Counted from the first letter of the stretch, positions 28,882 to 39,158 are shown. The stretch is 64,000 nucleotides of DNA from Candidatus Kerfeldbacteria bacterium (GCA_047946875.1 CP181398.1:1233329-1297328), one strand, 5' to 3'. Notes: generated by a model not told the origin, from the sequence alone. Program-made: numbers and translations.

Positions 28882-31563
28882 ATGCGGATTATTATATTAA
28901 TAATACTATTGGCAGTAACGATGTTTTTTTCTGTCAGTAAACCGGTAGATGCTATAATTAATGTTAGTAGTTGTGGTGTTCTTGCCGTGGCAGATGAAAC
29001 TTATTTGCTGACACAGGACGTTTCCTCTGTGGGAACTTGTTTTACGATCGGCGCAGATGATATTATACTTGATCTTAATAATCACACCATAACTTATGGT
29101 ACTGGTACTGGAGAATATCGTTATGGCGTTGCATTGCCGCCGCACTACATTCGCCGTGACTTTTTCCCAGATAGTGCTATTCCGGACAGCTCTTTCAATG
29201 AGACTAAAGAGCGTATTCGTATACAAAATGGTTCAATCGTTCAAGGAGGTGGTGATGGTGAAAATAGTCATGCGATTTTTGGCTATGCTAGTCATTATAT
29301 TTATATTCACAACCTAACCATAACGGTACACGGACCTGACACACAGAATATTGGTTTTACCTATTCAGAAAATATTAATGTCTATGATAATCTACTTAAT
29401 AATAATTCTACTGTGGTAACAAATCGGCATCAAGGTCGCAGTGTTGTTCAAGTGACAGAAACTTACGGTGGCAATAATTTTTATAGAAATACTATAACTG
29501 GTGGTCCGCAGTTCGGGTTACGCATTAATGGATATGATACGGTAGATTACGATACAGATTATATTTACGACAATGTGATTCGCCATAATGCCACAGTGGC
29601 AAATCCATATGGAATTTCGGCAGGTGCAAAAAATATGAAAGTATACAGCAATATGATTGAAGCGCAGAATGGACGAGGCATTCATGTATTAGGGGATAAT
29701 CAGGAGATTTACAATAATACGATTACTGTCAAGGAAGGAAGTAATAGCGAGTATTCCACTGGATGGTCTCATGGTATAAAAATTGAAGAAGCGACGAATG
29801 CAAAAGTACACAATAATACTGTTACCGCTATTGCTGAAGATGGCTTTGGTCATGCTTATGCTTTGGATATGACTATTAACGAAGGAGCTAATAATGAGGT
29901 GTATGAAAATATTTTTACTGCCACCACTACCACATCTGGTTTACATGCCGCCGCCGCTCATATTACTGTAGTAAATGAAAACAGTGGCACTGATATTCAT
30001 CATAATATATTTCGTACTAATAATCGCCATATCAGTACATCGTGGGAAAGCCCAGCATATGTTTTGTTTCGTTCAAATACTTTTGAAATTCAGGGAACGC
30101 CAATAAATTATAATACGTTGTGGTTTGAGACAGGTGATAATCCGTCTCATGGTCTGGAATTATTGGATAATACTGCTGCTACTGGCGTTTCATTTGCTGA
30201 TGTGGGCTACCGTCCCGCAGGATCAGAATATAGTTATGAAACACAGCAATATTTAAATTTAGTGGTACAAGATGCTCAGGGTCAGGTTATTCCCGATGCC
30301 GTCATTTCGATTAGCGATGTTGGTGCAAACACGGTAGCTAATGGTACTACAAATACAAACGGTACAGCGCTTTTTGCTTTACGAACACATTACTTTACTG
30401 GTAAACCAGTCGTTGACACAGGATATATACCTCATCAGGTCACAATATCACTTACCGGGTATAAAGCTTCAACAACCTTAGTAACACTGGATAGTTCCAA
30501 ACAACTTGTCGTTACTTTGACTGCTACTAACTCAAGTACTAATTCTAATACAAATGAATCAATCTATATTGCACCGACACCAGAATCAACTCCAGGAGTA
30601 GTCAGGGAAGTCGATGAAACACCTATTGCGTTAGCAAGTTCATTTTTTGTATATAATAGGAATTTACGTGGGGGCTATCATATTGCCGTTGGGAATGTCA
30701 TTGGTGATAGTAAGTATGAAATTATTACTGGTACAGGGGGTGGCATGGGTCCACATGTTCGGATATTTAATAACCAAGGAACGCTCAAAGCTCAATTTTT
30801 TGCATATAGCTCAGAGCTAAGAAATGGCGTTACTGTAACAGCATGCGACATTGATGGAGATGGATATGATGAAATAATTACTGCCCAGGGTCCTGGCGGC
30901 TGGCCATTAGTAAAAATATTTGATGGAGATGGTAATATAATTAATAATGGATTTCGTGTTCTTGATGGAGAGTTTTTAGGTGGAGTAAATCTTTCCTGTG
31001 GTGATACGAACGGTGATGGAATTAGTGAAATAGTGGTTGCTGCGATGAAGGGCGGAGGTCCACATGTTTTGGTATATAATTCAGAAGGCACTATTCTAAC
31101 TAATTTTATGGCATATGATCAAAATTTCAGGGGAGGCATTAATATCTCTACTATTGATATGGATGGTGACGGCAGGGATGAAATTGTAACTGGTCCTCAA
31201 TTTGGCGCTCCTCATGTTCAAATATTCCAAATACGCCCAAATGAACTAAAAAGGTTGTCGCCAGGGTTCTATGCTTTTTCTCCCGAATACAGAGGAGGAG
31301 TCTCAGTTGCAGGAGTTGATACGGATGGAGATGGAGAAAAAGAACTTTTGGTCGGAGTTGGGGAAGATGCTCAATCTTTGATTAAGAAATACAACATTAG
31401 AGAAGAGCTGGAAGGATCATTTTATGCTTATGGAGAAAATTTTCTTGGAGGAGTAAATTTAGGTGGAGGAGATGTGGATGGTGATGGTTTAGATGAAATT
31501 ATTATTATCCCAAGAAGTGGCGGTGGAGCTAATGTTAGGGTTATTGAGGGAGAGTTAATTTAG
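28882..31563 (+). CDS. Exported protein: signal peptide, right-handed parallel beta-helix repeats, prealbumin-like domain, C-terminal about 8x FG-GAP/VCBS-like repeats (beta-propeller)
   Basis: N-terminal signal peptide. Repeated NNTIT/HNNTVT beta-helix turns. Eight about 50-aa repeats F.AY...FRGGV.V..GD.DGDG.DEI...P..GG.PHV.IF. Confidence 0.75.
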   Translation: MRIIILIILLAVTMFFSVSKPVDAIINVSSCGVLAVADETYLLTQDVSSVGTCFTIGADDIILDLNNHTITYGTGTGEYRYGVALPPHYIRRDFFPDSAIPDSSFNETKERIRIQNGSIVQGGGDGENSHAIFGYASHYIYIHNLTITVHGPDTQNIGFTYSENINVYDNLLNNNSTVVTNRHQGRSVVQVTETYGGNNFYRNTITGGPQFGLRINGYDTVDYDTDYIYDNVIRHNATVANPYGISAGAKNMKVYSNMIEAQNGRGIHVLGDNQEIYNNTITVKEGSNSEYSTGWSHGIKIEEATNAKVHNNTVTAIAEDGFGHAYALDMTINEGANNEVYENIFTATTTTSGLHAAAAHITVVNENSGTDIHHNIFRTNNRHISTSWESPAYVLFRSNTFEIQGTPINYNTLWFETGDNPSHGLELLDNTAATGVSFADVGYRPAGSEYSYETQQYLNLVVQDAQGQVIPDAVISISDVGANTVANGTTNTNGTALFALRTHYFTGKPVVDTGYIPHQVTISLTGYKASTTLVTLDSSKQLVVTLTATNSSTNSNTNESIYIAPTPESTPGVVREVDETPIALASSFFVYNRNLRGGYHIAVGNVIGDSKYEIITGTGGGMGPHVRIFNNQGTLKAQFFAYSSELRNGVTVTACDIDGDGYDEIITAQGPGGWPLVKIFDGDGNIINNGFRVLDGEFLGGVNLSCGDTNGDGISEIVVAAMKGGGPHVLVYNSEGTILTNFMAYDQNFRGGINISTIDMDGDGRDEIVTGPQFGAPHVQIFQIRPNELKRLSPGFYAFSPEYRGGVSVAGVDTDGDGEKELLVGVGEDAQSLIKKYNIREELEGSFYAYGENFLGGVNLGGGDVDGDGLDEIIIIPRSGGGANVRVIEGELI

Positions 31564-31583
31564 AATTTGATAAAATTATAGAT
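31523..31583 (+). repeat. Direct repeat copy B (61 nt)
   Basis: gtggagctaatgttagggttattgagggagagttaatttagaatttgataaaattatagat, overlapping the stop of the 893-aa gene. Confidence 0.8.
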
Positions 31584-31632
31584 TATAGAAATTTAGGTAA
31601 ATAATTAAGGGATTAAAAGTTAAAAATAAATA

Positions 31633-31661
31633 TTGACAAAAAGTCAAAAATAAGCTATACT
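31633..31661 (+). promoter_or_regulatory. Consensus sigma70 promoter about 220 nt upstream of the 1307-aa gene
   Basis: TTGACA - 17 nt - TATACT. Confidence 0.55.
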
Positions 31662-31880
31662 AGATAATGAATTTAGCTTATTTTAGCTACAAATTTAGTT
31701 TATACGTAATTACTTTGTAATAATGATTACCATTACTTGTCAGGTACCATTAACAAAAAGTAGCGTCAATAATAGGGAGGAATAAATCCACATTTTTTGT
31801 GGTTTTTTTAATATAAATAATTTCCGCCAGAGGCGGATCAGGCTCTGCCTGAAACTTAATTAATAAATAGATAAAAAAGT

Positions 31881-34800
31881 ATGTCAAGAAAAAAAATCTT
31901 GAAATCCATTCTACACTTTGTGAAAGTAAGTGTTTATATGGTGGTCATGTTTACTATGACTTTTTCTTATTCATTCATTGGAGCTCCGCAAGCTGATGCT
32001 GTCACTACTGGAACAATTACCGGTAGGATAATGGCCGGAGGAAGTCCGGTAGATATTGGAGATGTTGGTTTGAATTTAGTAAATGCTCCAGGGGTAGACC
32101 CAGTAGGTACAAATCCTGATGGAACGTTTACATTTATTGATGTCCCTGTAAGCTATTATCAGTTAGATACTCATATTAATGACACGGTTGCATTAGCTGG
32201 TTATATGAATATTTCAGTATCAAATATTGAAGTAACGGCTGGTCAAACAACAGACGTTGGAGATATAGCATTAACACAAGCCACCAAGACAATTACAGGT
32301 ACGGTTACCAGACAAGGCACAGGAACAGCTGTTGTAGATGCTCAGATTAGTGCGTTTCCTTTTGAAGGAATGGGATCTGGCGTGAACGCTACAACTGATA
32401 GTAATGGTGATTACACATTATATTTAACAGGTGGAAAATGGGGCTTAAATGTGTCTGGTGGTTATGATGAGGAACATAATCCAATTCCAGTTGATTGGAT
32501 TTATTCTGGCATGCCACAAGATCAAAATTTTGCCGATGATAATACAGTAGAATCAAGAGTTGCAAATTTTGAAGTAGTTACCGCGAATTCTTTTGTGAAT
32601 GGTAAAATTGTATATCCAAATGGCACACCAAAAAATGATTTAAATATTGATCTGTTTAGTTTTTCCGGTGGTGGTGCTTTTGGAAGGACAGATTCTAGTG
32701 GTAATTTTACAATAAGGACTGCAGCTGGAAATTTTGAATTAAGCGCTTGGTTCCCACATGATGAGCAGCAATATTCATTACCAAGACAGCAAATATCTGT
32801 TGTGGCCAATCAAACGTTAAATCTTGGCACTATATATATTGTAGAAAAGACATCTCAAATAAAAGGTGTTGTTAAAACCTCAACTGGAATACCAGTAGAA
32901 AATGTGAATGTAAGTGCATTTAGTATGATGGGATCCGGACCTGGTGATAATGCATGGACACAGACAGCCGCCGATGGTTCTTATTCATTGTATGTAACTT
33001 CAGGAATGTGGGGAGTTGATGTCCAAACAAATCCGGAATCAGTTTGGGTGCCGGATGGAACCCAAAAACAATATCAGGTAGCGGAAAATCAGATAATTTC
33101 TAATGCAAATTTTACACTAATAAAAGCTGACGTTACTATTAATGGTAGGATTGTAAATACACAAGGCGTGTTACAATCGGATTTTTTCGGTTATGCTAAT
33201 GTAATGGATCAAGATATGCAGTTTGGTCCGGGACCGGGCAAGTTTTTCGGTGGGCAGATTGGTGGAGGAACTTTTCAGATTAAAATACCTTCTCAAGTCA
33301 TGACAAAAATAATGGTTACCACATTTGTTGAGCCTGGTAGTCCATACTCAATTCAAGAGGATATAACATTAACAGTTGCACCAAATGGTACGTATGATGT
33401 TGAATTAGTATTAGTCCCTAATGATGCAGTATTAACGGGAACGGTTAAAGATCAAAAAGGTAATGTCATATCTGGGTTTGAATTTGGTGATGTGTTTGTG
33501 ATGGGCGAAAAGGGACAATGGAATAATGCTTTTATTAACCCAGATGGTACTTATACTATGTCTCTAAGAAGTGGTACTTACGATGGTCGCGGTGCATTTA
33601 TTCGTGGTGGTGGATATATTGACAAGCCTCCACAATTTGAAGATGGTGGGGTTGTCATAAAACCCGGCACAACAATTTGGAATCCGGTGGTATATAAAGC
33701 TGATGCAAAAATTAATGTTACTATAAAAGATCCGGATGGAAATTTACTGGGTGGATTTGGATTTGCTTTTGCCCATGAAGATTTTGAGGGGGATCCAGGA
33801 ATCGGATTTAAAGATTCCATGGAGGCTGGGGGAGAGATTTTAGGAGGTAAAGGATCAATAAATGTTGTTGGAGGAAAAACTTATTTGGTTGGAGCTCCAC
33901 CTCCACCAAAATATGATTCAGAGAACTGGATGTCCCCTGAGGAACAAGAAGTGTTTGTAGCTGCAAACGGAACAGCAAGCGTAGTATTGCAATACAAGAA
34001 AGCTGATGGTGTTATTAAGGGCACCGTGACATTTGAAGATGGCTCACCAATACCTTTTGGATTCATTAGTGGATGGTCAGAAAATGGTGCGAATTCTGGT
34101 ACTCCAAATTTTGGCTCAACATTCAGCCTTCCAGTAACAAAGAATGGTATCTGGCACATAAATGCGGATACTTTCAGTGGCTCAGAATATTTTACCAGCG
34201 GAGAGACAGTTATAAAAACTCCTGATTCAACAGGATTTGTAGTGGAAAGAAATTTTGTTTTGAGTAAGTCAGATTTTCTTTTTCCTGAACCAAAATGTGC
34301 AACTTGGGATTCTACCCAACCAAAAGTTATAAATTTATCTGATGGTACATCTTTGACATTTCCTGCTAGGTCATTGGCAACAAGCGGTAATGTAACTGTT
34401 TGTGCGCAGCCAACAGTCAATCTGAAGCCGGAAAAAACTAAAAAACCAGCAAAAGGATTTGGTTATACTTTGACAGCTACTGATTCCAGCAATCAGACAA
34501 TATCTACTTTTAATTCGGCAGTTACTATAAGCATGAAAGTAGAAGCGGATAAATTGGCTGAATTGGGAATAACTACAGATGATTTATTGCCAGCCTTTTT
34601 TAATACCACAACTAATAAATGGGACACAGTAAATAATGCTACTTATGATGCAGTAAACGATTTACTTTCGTTTACTACTACTCACTTTACTGATTATGCG
34701 ATTGTAACAGGTGTGACTATTACTGGTAGTGGTCCTGTAGCTTCTGATATTATTGCCAGTCCAGCAAATAATGGAGGTCCACATGTAACGGTATGGGACT

Positions 34801-35804
34801 ATGAAGGAAATATTAAAACAAATTTCTTTGCTTATCCTTCAAATTTACGAATGAGTATTCAGACTGGCGTGGGTGATTTTGATGGAGATGGTATAAATGA
34901 GATTGTCACTATTCCTGGTGAAGGTTTTGCTCCACAAGTAAGAGTATTTAATCTAGAGGGTCAGCTTGTAGATCAGTTTTTTGCATATCAAACTCATTTA
35001 AGATCTGGTTATAATATGGTAGTTGCAGATATTGATGGTGATGGTAGTGATGAAATTATTACGGCACCTATGGCCGGTGAAGCTCCTCATGTTAGGATCT
35101 TTAATGGTAAAGGAGAAGTAGAAAATCAATTTTTTGCCTACGACGAAATGTTTAAAGGAGGGGTTAATTTGACAACTGGTGATGTAGATGGAGATGGTAA
35201 TATTGAAATAATTACTGCGCCTGCTTCAGGTGGCTCACCTGATATTAGAATCTTTAATAGTGATGGTTCTCAGGTAACTGGCTTTTGGGCATATTCTTCT
35301 GCTTTACGTGGTGGCTTTGATGTTTCTACTGGTGACTTAAATGGAGATTCGGTTGTTGATATATTAGTAACTCCTGGTGAAGGATTTGGTCCACAAATTG
35401 CTATGTTCACAGGAGATGGAACATTGATTGGAAGATTCATGGCATTTGCTGATACATTTAAGGGTGGCATTAATGCGGTCGTAGGGGATGTTACTGGCGA
35501 TTCGCAAAGTAATATAATTGTTACTCCGTTAAGTAATGGTGGTCCACAAGTTAGAGTATTTGATTACCAAGGTAATCATGTGTCACAGTTCTGGGCCTAT
35601 GCATCAACTTTAAGAGGTTCATTTGTTCCTTTAATATCTGACATTGATCAAGATGGAACAAACGAAATTGTAATAGCACCAGGTAATGGTTTTGGACCTC
35701 ACTTACGTGCATTTGAGTATGATGGAACTATTACTAGTAGTTTCTTTACTCATAATGAAGGTTATCGAGGAGGTATAAATCTAATGAGTATACCCACTTT
35801 TTAA
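31881..35804 (+). CDS. Large exported protein: N-terminal signal/anchor, multiple prealbumin/CarboxypepD_reg-like domains, C-terminal about 9x FG-GAP/VCBS-like repeats
   Basis: 1307 aa. Hydrophobic N-terminus, AQA cleavage-like site. Repeated about 90-aa Ig-like modules (TGxV.D..G.PI..A.V). C-terminal repeats paralogous to those of the 893-aa protein. Confidence 0.75.
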   Translation: MSRKKILKSILHFVKVSVYMVVMFTMTFSYSFIGAPQADAVTTGTITGRIMAGGSPVDIGDVGLNLVNAPGVDPVGTNPDGTFTFIDVPVSYYQLDTHINDTVALAGYMNISVSNIEVTAGQTTDVGDIALTQATKTITGTVTRQGTGTAVVDAQISAFPFEGMGSGVNATTDSNGDYTLYLTGGKWGLNVSGGYDEEHNPIPVDWIYSGMPQDQNFADDNTVESRVANFEVVTANSFVNGKIVYPNGTPKNDLNIDLFSFSGGGAFGRTDSSGNFTIRTAAGNFELSAWFPHDEQQYSLPRQQISVVANQTLNLGTIYIVEKTSQIKGVVKTSTGIPVENVNVSAFSMMGSGPGDNAWTQTAADGSYSLYVTSGMWGVDVQTNPESVWVPDGTQKQYQVAENQIISNANFTLIKADVTINGRIVNTQGVLQSDFFGYANVMDQDMQFGPGPGKFFGGQIGGGTFQIKIPSQVMTKIMVTTFVEPGSPYSIQEDITLTVAPNGTYDVELVLVPNDAVLTGTVKDQKGNVISGFEFGDVFVMGEKGQWNNAFINPDGTYTMSLRSGTYDGRGAFIRGGGYIDKPPQFEDGGVVIKPGTTIWNPVVYKADAKINVTIKDPDGNLLGGFGFAFAHEDFEGDPGIGFKDSMEAGGEILGGKGSINVVGGKTYLVGAPPPPKYDSENWMSPEEQEVFVAANGTASVVLQYKKADGVIKGTVTFEDGSPIPFGFISGWSENGANSGTPNFGSTFSLPVTKNGIWHINADTFSGSEYFTSGETVIKTPDSTGFVVERNFVLSKSDFLFPEPKCATWDSTQPKVINLSDGTSLTFPARSLATSGNVTVCAQPTVNLKPEKTKKPAKGFGYTLTATDSSNQTISTFNSAVTISMKVEADKLAELGITTDDLLPAFFNTTTNKWDTVNNATYDAVNDLLSFTTTHFTDYAIVTGVTITGSGPVASDIIASPANNGGPHVTVWDYEGNIKTNFFAYPSNLRMSIQTGVGDFDGDGINEIVTIPGEGFAPQVRVFNLEGQLVDQFFAYQTHLRSGYNMVVADIDGDGSDEIITAPMAGEAPHVRIFNGKGEVENQFFAYDEMFKGGVNLTTGDVDGDGNIEIITAPASGGSPDIRIFNSDGSQVTGFWAYSSALRGGFDVSTGDLNGDSVVDILVTPGEGFGPQIAMFTGDGTLIGRFMAFADTFKGGINAVVGDVTGDSQSNIIVTPLSNGGPQVRVFDYQGNHVSQFWAYASTLRGSFVPLISDIDQDGTNEIVIAPGNGFGPHLRAFEYDGTITSSFFTHNEGYRGGINLMSIPTF

Positions 35805-35839
35805 CCTTAAAAAGTTAAAAATAATTAATCGTATATAAT

Positions 35840-35880
35840 AAACCCCCATTAATAAAAAATGGGGGTTTGCAGTTTTTTTA
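35840..35880 (+). terminator. Strong intrinsic terminator
   Basis: aaacccccat-taataaaaa-atgggggttt followed by a T-run. Confidence 0.65.
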
Positions 35881-35934
35881 GCTTATGATATAATGCTGGG
35901 GTTAGATTAATTAAGTCATAAAAAACCTAAAAAT

Positions 35935-36300
35935 ATGGACAAAACACTCCAAAATCAATTGGGAGAGAAGTTAGGAAATGAAAAAATTAAAATAGTTGGT
36001 TTATTAGAAAAGATGACGAATCAAAAAACTTTTAACAAAGATAAAATACAGGTTAAGCTTGACAGTGTTGGAGATAAAGATGAGGACAATGCTATGGAGG
36101 TTGCAAATTTTCAAGATAATATTTCATTAGAACGAGAATTAGAAGTGTCATTGGAAAAAATAGACGCGGCTTTAGCAAAGATTGAAAAAGGTGAGTATGG
36201 TAAATGTGAAAAGTGTCAGTCAGATATCAAGGATGAGAGACTTGTGGCATATCCTTCAGCTAAAATTTGTTTAAAATGCGCGGCTGGTCCGAAATTATAA
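35935..36300 (+). CDS. DksA/TraR-family C4 zinc-finger protein
   Basis: C-terminal CEKCQ...(17)...CLKCA four-Cys finger preceded by a coiled coil. Confidence 0.7.
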   Translation: MDKTLQNQLGEKLGNEKIKIVGLLEKMTNQKTFNKDKIQVKLDSVGDKDEDNAMEVANFQDNISLERELEVSLEKIDAALAKIEKGEYGKCEKCQSDIKDERLVAYPSAKICLKCAAGPKL

Positions 36301-36752
36301 AAAATATTTATATCAATAAGATATTTTGGCCATTTTTTGGTATCTTAATATTATTTTTTATTGATAGATTAAGTAAAATATTATCCATTAAATACTTATC
36401 TGATGAGGGATTTTTTTTAATCCCAAATACTACTGGATTTGTTTTAGAATGGAATCAGGGTATTGCTTATTCTATTCCGTTGTCAGGAATATATTTAATT
36501 TTTATTTTAATATTAATAATACTTATTTTAGGAGCTCTGGCAGTAAAGGCTTATCGTCAGCATAAAAATAATATTGTATTATCGATTGGATTAATTATCG
36601 CCGGTGCAACTTCTAATCTTATTGATCGTTTTATGTATGATAATGTGATTGATATATTGGTATTAACAAAATGGCCAGTTTTTAATATTGCTGATCTAAT
36701 GATATTGGCAGGAGGAATTTGGTTAGTAACTATTTATTTAAAGAAGAAATAA
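36267..36752 (+). CDS. lspA: Lipoprotein signal peptidase (signal peptidase II)
   Basis: Conserved NQGIAYS and FNIADLMI motifs, four TM helices. Overlaps the dksA-like gene by 34 nt. Confidence 0.8.
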   Translation: MFKMRGWSEIIKNIYINKIFWPFFGILILFFIDRLSKILSIKYLSDEGFFLIPNTTGFVLEWNQGIAYSIPLSGIYLIFILILIILILGALAVKAYRQHKNNIVLSIGLIIAGATSNLIDRFMYDNVIDILVLTKWPVFNIADLMILAGGIWLVTIYLKKK

Positions 36753-36825
36753 ATCTTGACTGATGGATGAATGATTGCTAAGGTTATCTAATTGTTCATT
36801 CACACTATTTATAGAGGAGTTTGTT

Positions 36826-37587
36826 GTGACAAAATATATAACACTTATTAGTCTCACGTTGGTACTAATATGCTGTGGTGATTTTGTCAAAGCAGGCGAA
36901 TCACCAAGTTTTTTATTGCTACATGAAGATGCGAAGTATAGATTAGATTCTTTGAATCGGATAGAGTCTGATAGTAATTTAGTGGAACGTATTATTCTGA
37001 TGCATAATCTAGGATTTAATGGTGACAAGAAACTTCGAGAGAAGGCAGAAAAGTTAGTTAAAGATAAATTCAAGAAGGGTAAGCGTGCTCCATTAGTTGA
37101 GGCGTATGATGGTTCTCTAAGAATGATCAAGGTAAAACATAAAAATACCGCTAGCAAGATTTTTGGGAGTTTTTTTGGAAATTCTCCATACAAAGAAGCT
37201 AGAAATGGTTTTAATATTATATCTGAGGCATTGGAAAGAGATCCTAATAATATTAACATTAGGTTTGTGAGAGCGTCTGCGGCGGTGGAGTCAGCAGAGC
37301 ATTTACCTGAGTTGTTAGTTCATGCAGATATAGATATTCTATGGCTTGAAAGTAACATTGATCGTACAGATGCAGCTTCAGTTTTTTTCTTTTATTTGAC
37401 TAAGGCAAAATTTTATTATAAAAGTGCCTTGGAAGAAAAAAAGATATTAATCAAAGTAGTGATTATCGAAAAAGCAATAGAATTAATTGATCAAGCTGGT
37501 GAATTTGTTTGTTCGGAAGTATTTTGTCGGGAGCACTTGCTATGGCAAAAGAAAATTGAAATCCTTTATCAAACAGGAAGTAAGTAG
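36826..37587 (+). CDS. Hypothetical (lipo)protein with helical repeats
   Basis: GTG start with AGAGGAG RBS 5 nt upstream. Signal peptide ending LVLICCG (lipobox-like). The ORF-track start at 36775 lacks an RBS. The antisense ORF 36738-37259 is rejected. Confidence 0.45.
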   Translation: MTKYITLISLTLVLICCGDFVKAGESPSFLLLHEDAKYRLDSLNRIESDSNLVERIILMHNLGFNGDKKLREKAEKLVKDKFKKGKRAPLVEAYDGSLRMIKVKHKNTASKIFGSFFGNSPYKEARNGFNIISEALERDPNNINIRFVRASAAVESAEHLPELLVHADIDILWLESNIDRTDAASVFFFYLTKAKFYYKSALEEKKILIKVVIIEKAIELIDQAGEFVCSEVFCREHLLWQKKIEILYQTGSK

Positions 37588-37651
37588 GTTAATAATATTA
37601 TTGACCTACTTTTTTATTTGTTATAAAATAATAATTTGTTATACTAAATTC

Positions 37652-38422
37652 ATGGAAAAATTATACAAACAAATTATTAAGGAAATATTTATTAGTGGTA
37701 AGAGAATCAAGTCTATGGCTGGTAGCATTAAAGATGTTGGGATTAAGAAAAAGTATTTAACTGAAGAAGATATTAAGATTGAGAGAAATTTAAAATCAAT
37801 TATTAATAAGAATGAATCGAGTCATTTATTTTGTGCAGAAGAGGAAAATGAAAAATTTGTTTCTGGTAAAGATGTTTGGGTGGTAGACCCAATCAGTGGT
37901 ACCAAGTCGTTTATTAAAGGAGATGGTCATTATGCAGTAGTAGTATCCCATGTTCATAAAGGGGTAAGTGTTTTTGGGGCAGTATATGATGTTGTCCGAG
38001 ATGAATTATACGTAGCCAAAAAAGGGAGTGGTGCTTTTCTGAATGATAAGATAATTAAGGTTAATGAAACAAAAAAAGATATACCAAAAATAATTTTACG
38101 AATTTCATATGATTGGGCTGATGATGAAAAAGCTAAACAAATAACCAGTGAATTAAAGTATAATTATGATATCAATATAATTGATGGTTCGATGGCAATT
38201 ACTGATTGTCAAATTGCATCTGGAAAATATGACGGTATTATTACTTTTGCTAAAGACAGCTTTCCGGAGTTTGCCAGTAGTCTTATTGTAAAAGAAGCTG
38301 GAGGAATTTATCAGAGTATTAATGGTAGTAATGAAGTTGAATTTTCAGATAGAATATTTGTGGCAGGGAACAAAAATATACAACCGCATTTATTTAAAAT
38401 TGCGCAAAAATATTATAAATGA
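37652..38422 (+). CDS. Inositol monophosphatase family protein
   Basis: WVVDPISGT metal-binding motif and EE..E upstream. The start is taken at MEKLYKQ. The first 55 codons of the track ORF overlap the previous gene. Confidence 0.75.
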   Translation: MEKLYKQIIKEIFISGKRIKSMAGSIKDVGIKKKYLTEEDIKIERNLKSIINKNESSHLFCAEEENEKFVSGKDVWVVDPISGTKSFIKGDGHYAVVVSHVHKGVSVFGAVYDVVRDELYVAKKGSGAFLNDKIIKVNETKKDIPKIILRISYDWADDEKAKQITSELKYNYDINIIDGSMAITDCQIASGKYDGIITFAKDSFPEFASSLIVKEAGGIYQSINGSNEVEFSDRIFVAGNKNIQPHLFKIAQKYYK

Positions 38423-39111
38423 ATAATTTTATGAGGCTTAATAAATATATAGCTAGTTGTGGGATTACCTCTAGGCGAAAAGCTGATGATTTGATAGTGA
38501 CTGGTAAAGTTGTTATTAATAATGAAGTGGTTTGTGAATTAGGAACTCAAATTGACCCAAAAAAAGATAAAGTTGTTGTTGATGGTCAGTTATGCAGTTT
38601 AAGTAGTAATTATGTATATATTGCTCTAAATAAGCCAGTTGGTTATGTTTGCACGCATGCAAGGTTCCACGAAGAACAATCAATATTCGAGTTATTGCCT
38701 AATGAGTATAGGCATCTAAAATTTGCCGGGCGTCTTGATAAAGATTCGGAAGGCTTGTTAATATTATCTGATGATGGTGATTTTATTTATAAATTGACAC
38801 ACCCAAGTTATAGGCACGAGAAAGAGTATGAGGTGAAGTTAGATAATCCATTGTCTGAAGATTCATTAACAAAATTAGAAAGAGGTATAAGATTAACAGA
38901 AGGAATAGCAAAAATGGACCGTGTTAGTATAAGTAGTAAGACGGTTTATAATTTAGTAATTCACCAGGGTTGGAAAAGGCAGATCAGGAGAATGTTGGGA
39001 GAAGTAAGAAGTGGAATTCAATATCTAAAAAGAGTACGAGTTGGGAAATATAAAATGGGCAAACTGCCCGTTGGGAAATATAAAGATATCGATAAGGAAG
39101 AAGTGGTTTAG
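38419..39111 (+). CDS. Pseudouridine synthase, RsuA/RluB family
   Basis: N-terminal S4 domain (RLNKYIASCGITSRRKAD). Catalytic GRLDKDSEGLLILS. Confidence 0.8.
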   Translation: MNNFMRLNKYIASCGITSRRKADDLIVTGKVVINNEVVCELGTQIDPKKDKVVVDGQLCSLSSNYVYIALNKPVGYVCTHARFHEEQSIFELLPNEYRHLKFAGRLDKDSEGLLILSDDGDFIYKLTHPSYRHEKEYEVKLDNPLSEDSLTKLERGIRLTEGIAKMDRVSISSKTVYNLVIHQGWKRQIRRMLGEVRSGIQYLKRVRVGKYKMGKLPVGKYKDIDKEEVV

Positions 39112-39124
39112 TAATTTTTAGGAA

Positions 39125-39158
39125 ATAAAAAAAACTTGGTGGGGGAAACCACCAAGCT
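39125..39158. terminator. Bidirectional intrinsic terminator
   Basis: cttggtgg-gggaaa-ccaccaag flanked by A-run and T-run. Confidence 0.6.

Noticed and set aside
36738-37259. Minus-strand 173-aa ORF antisense to the lipoprotein gene
   Set aside because: Antisense to a better-supported plus-strand gene that has an RBS and signal peptide.
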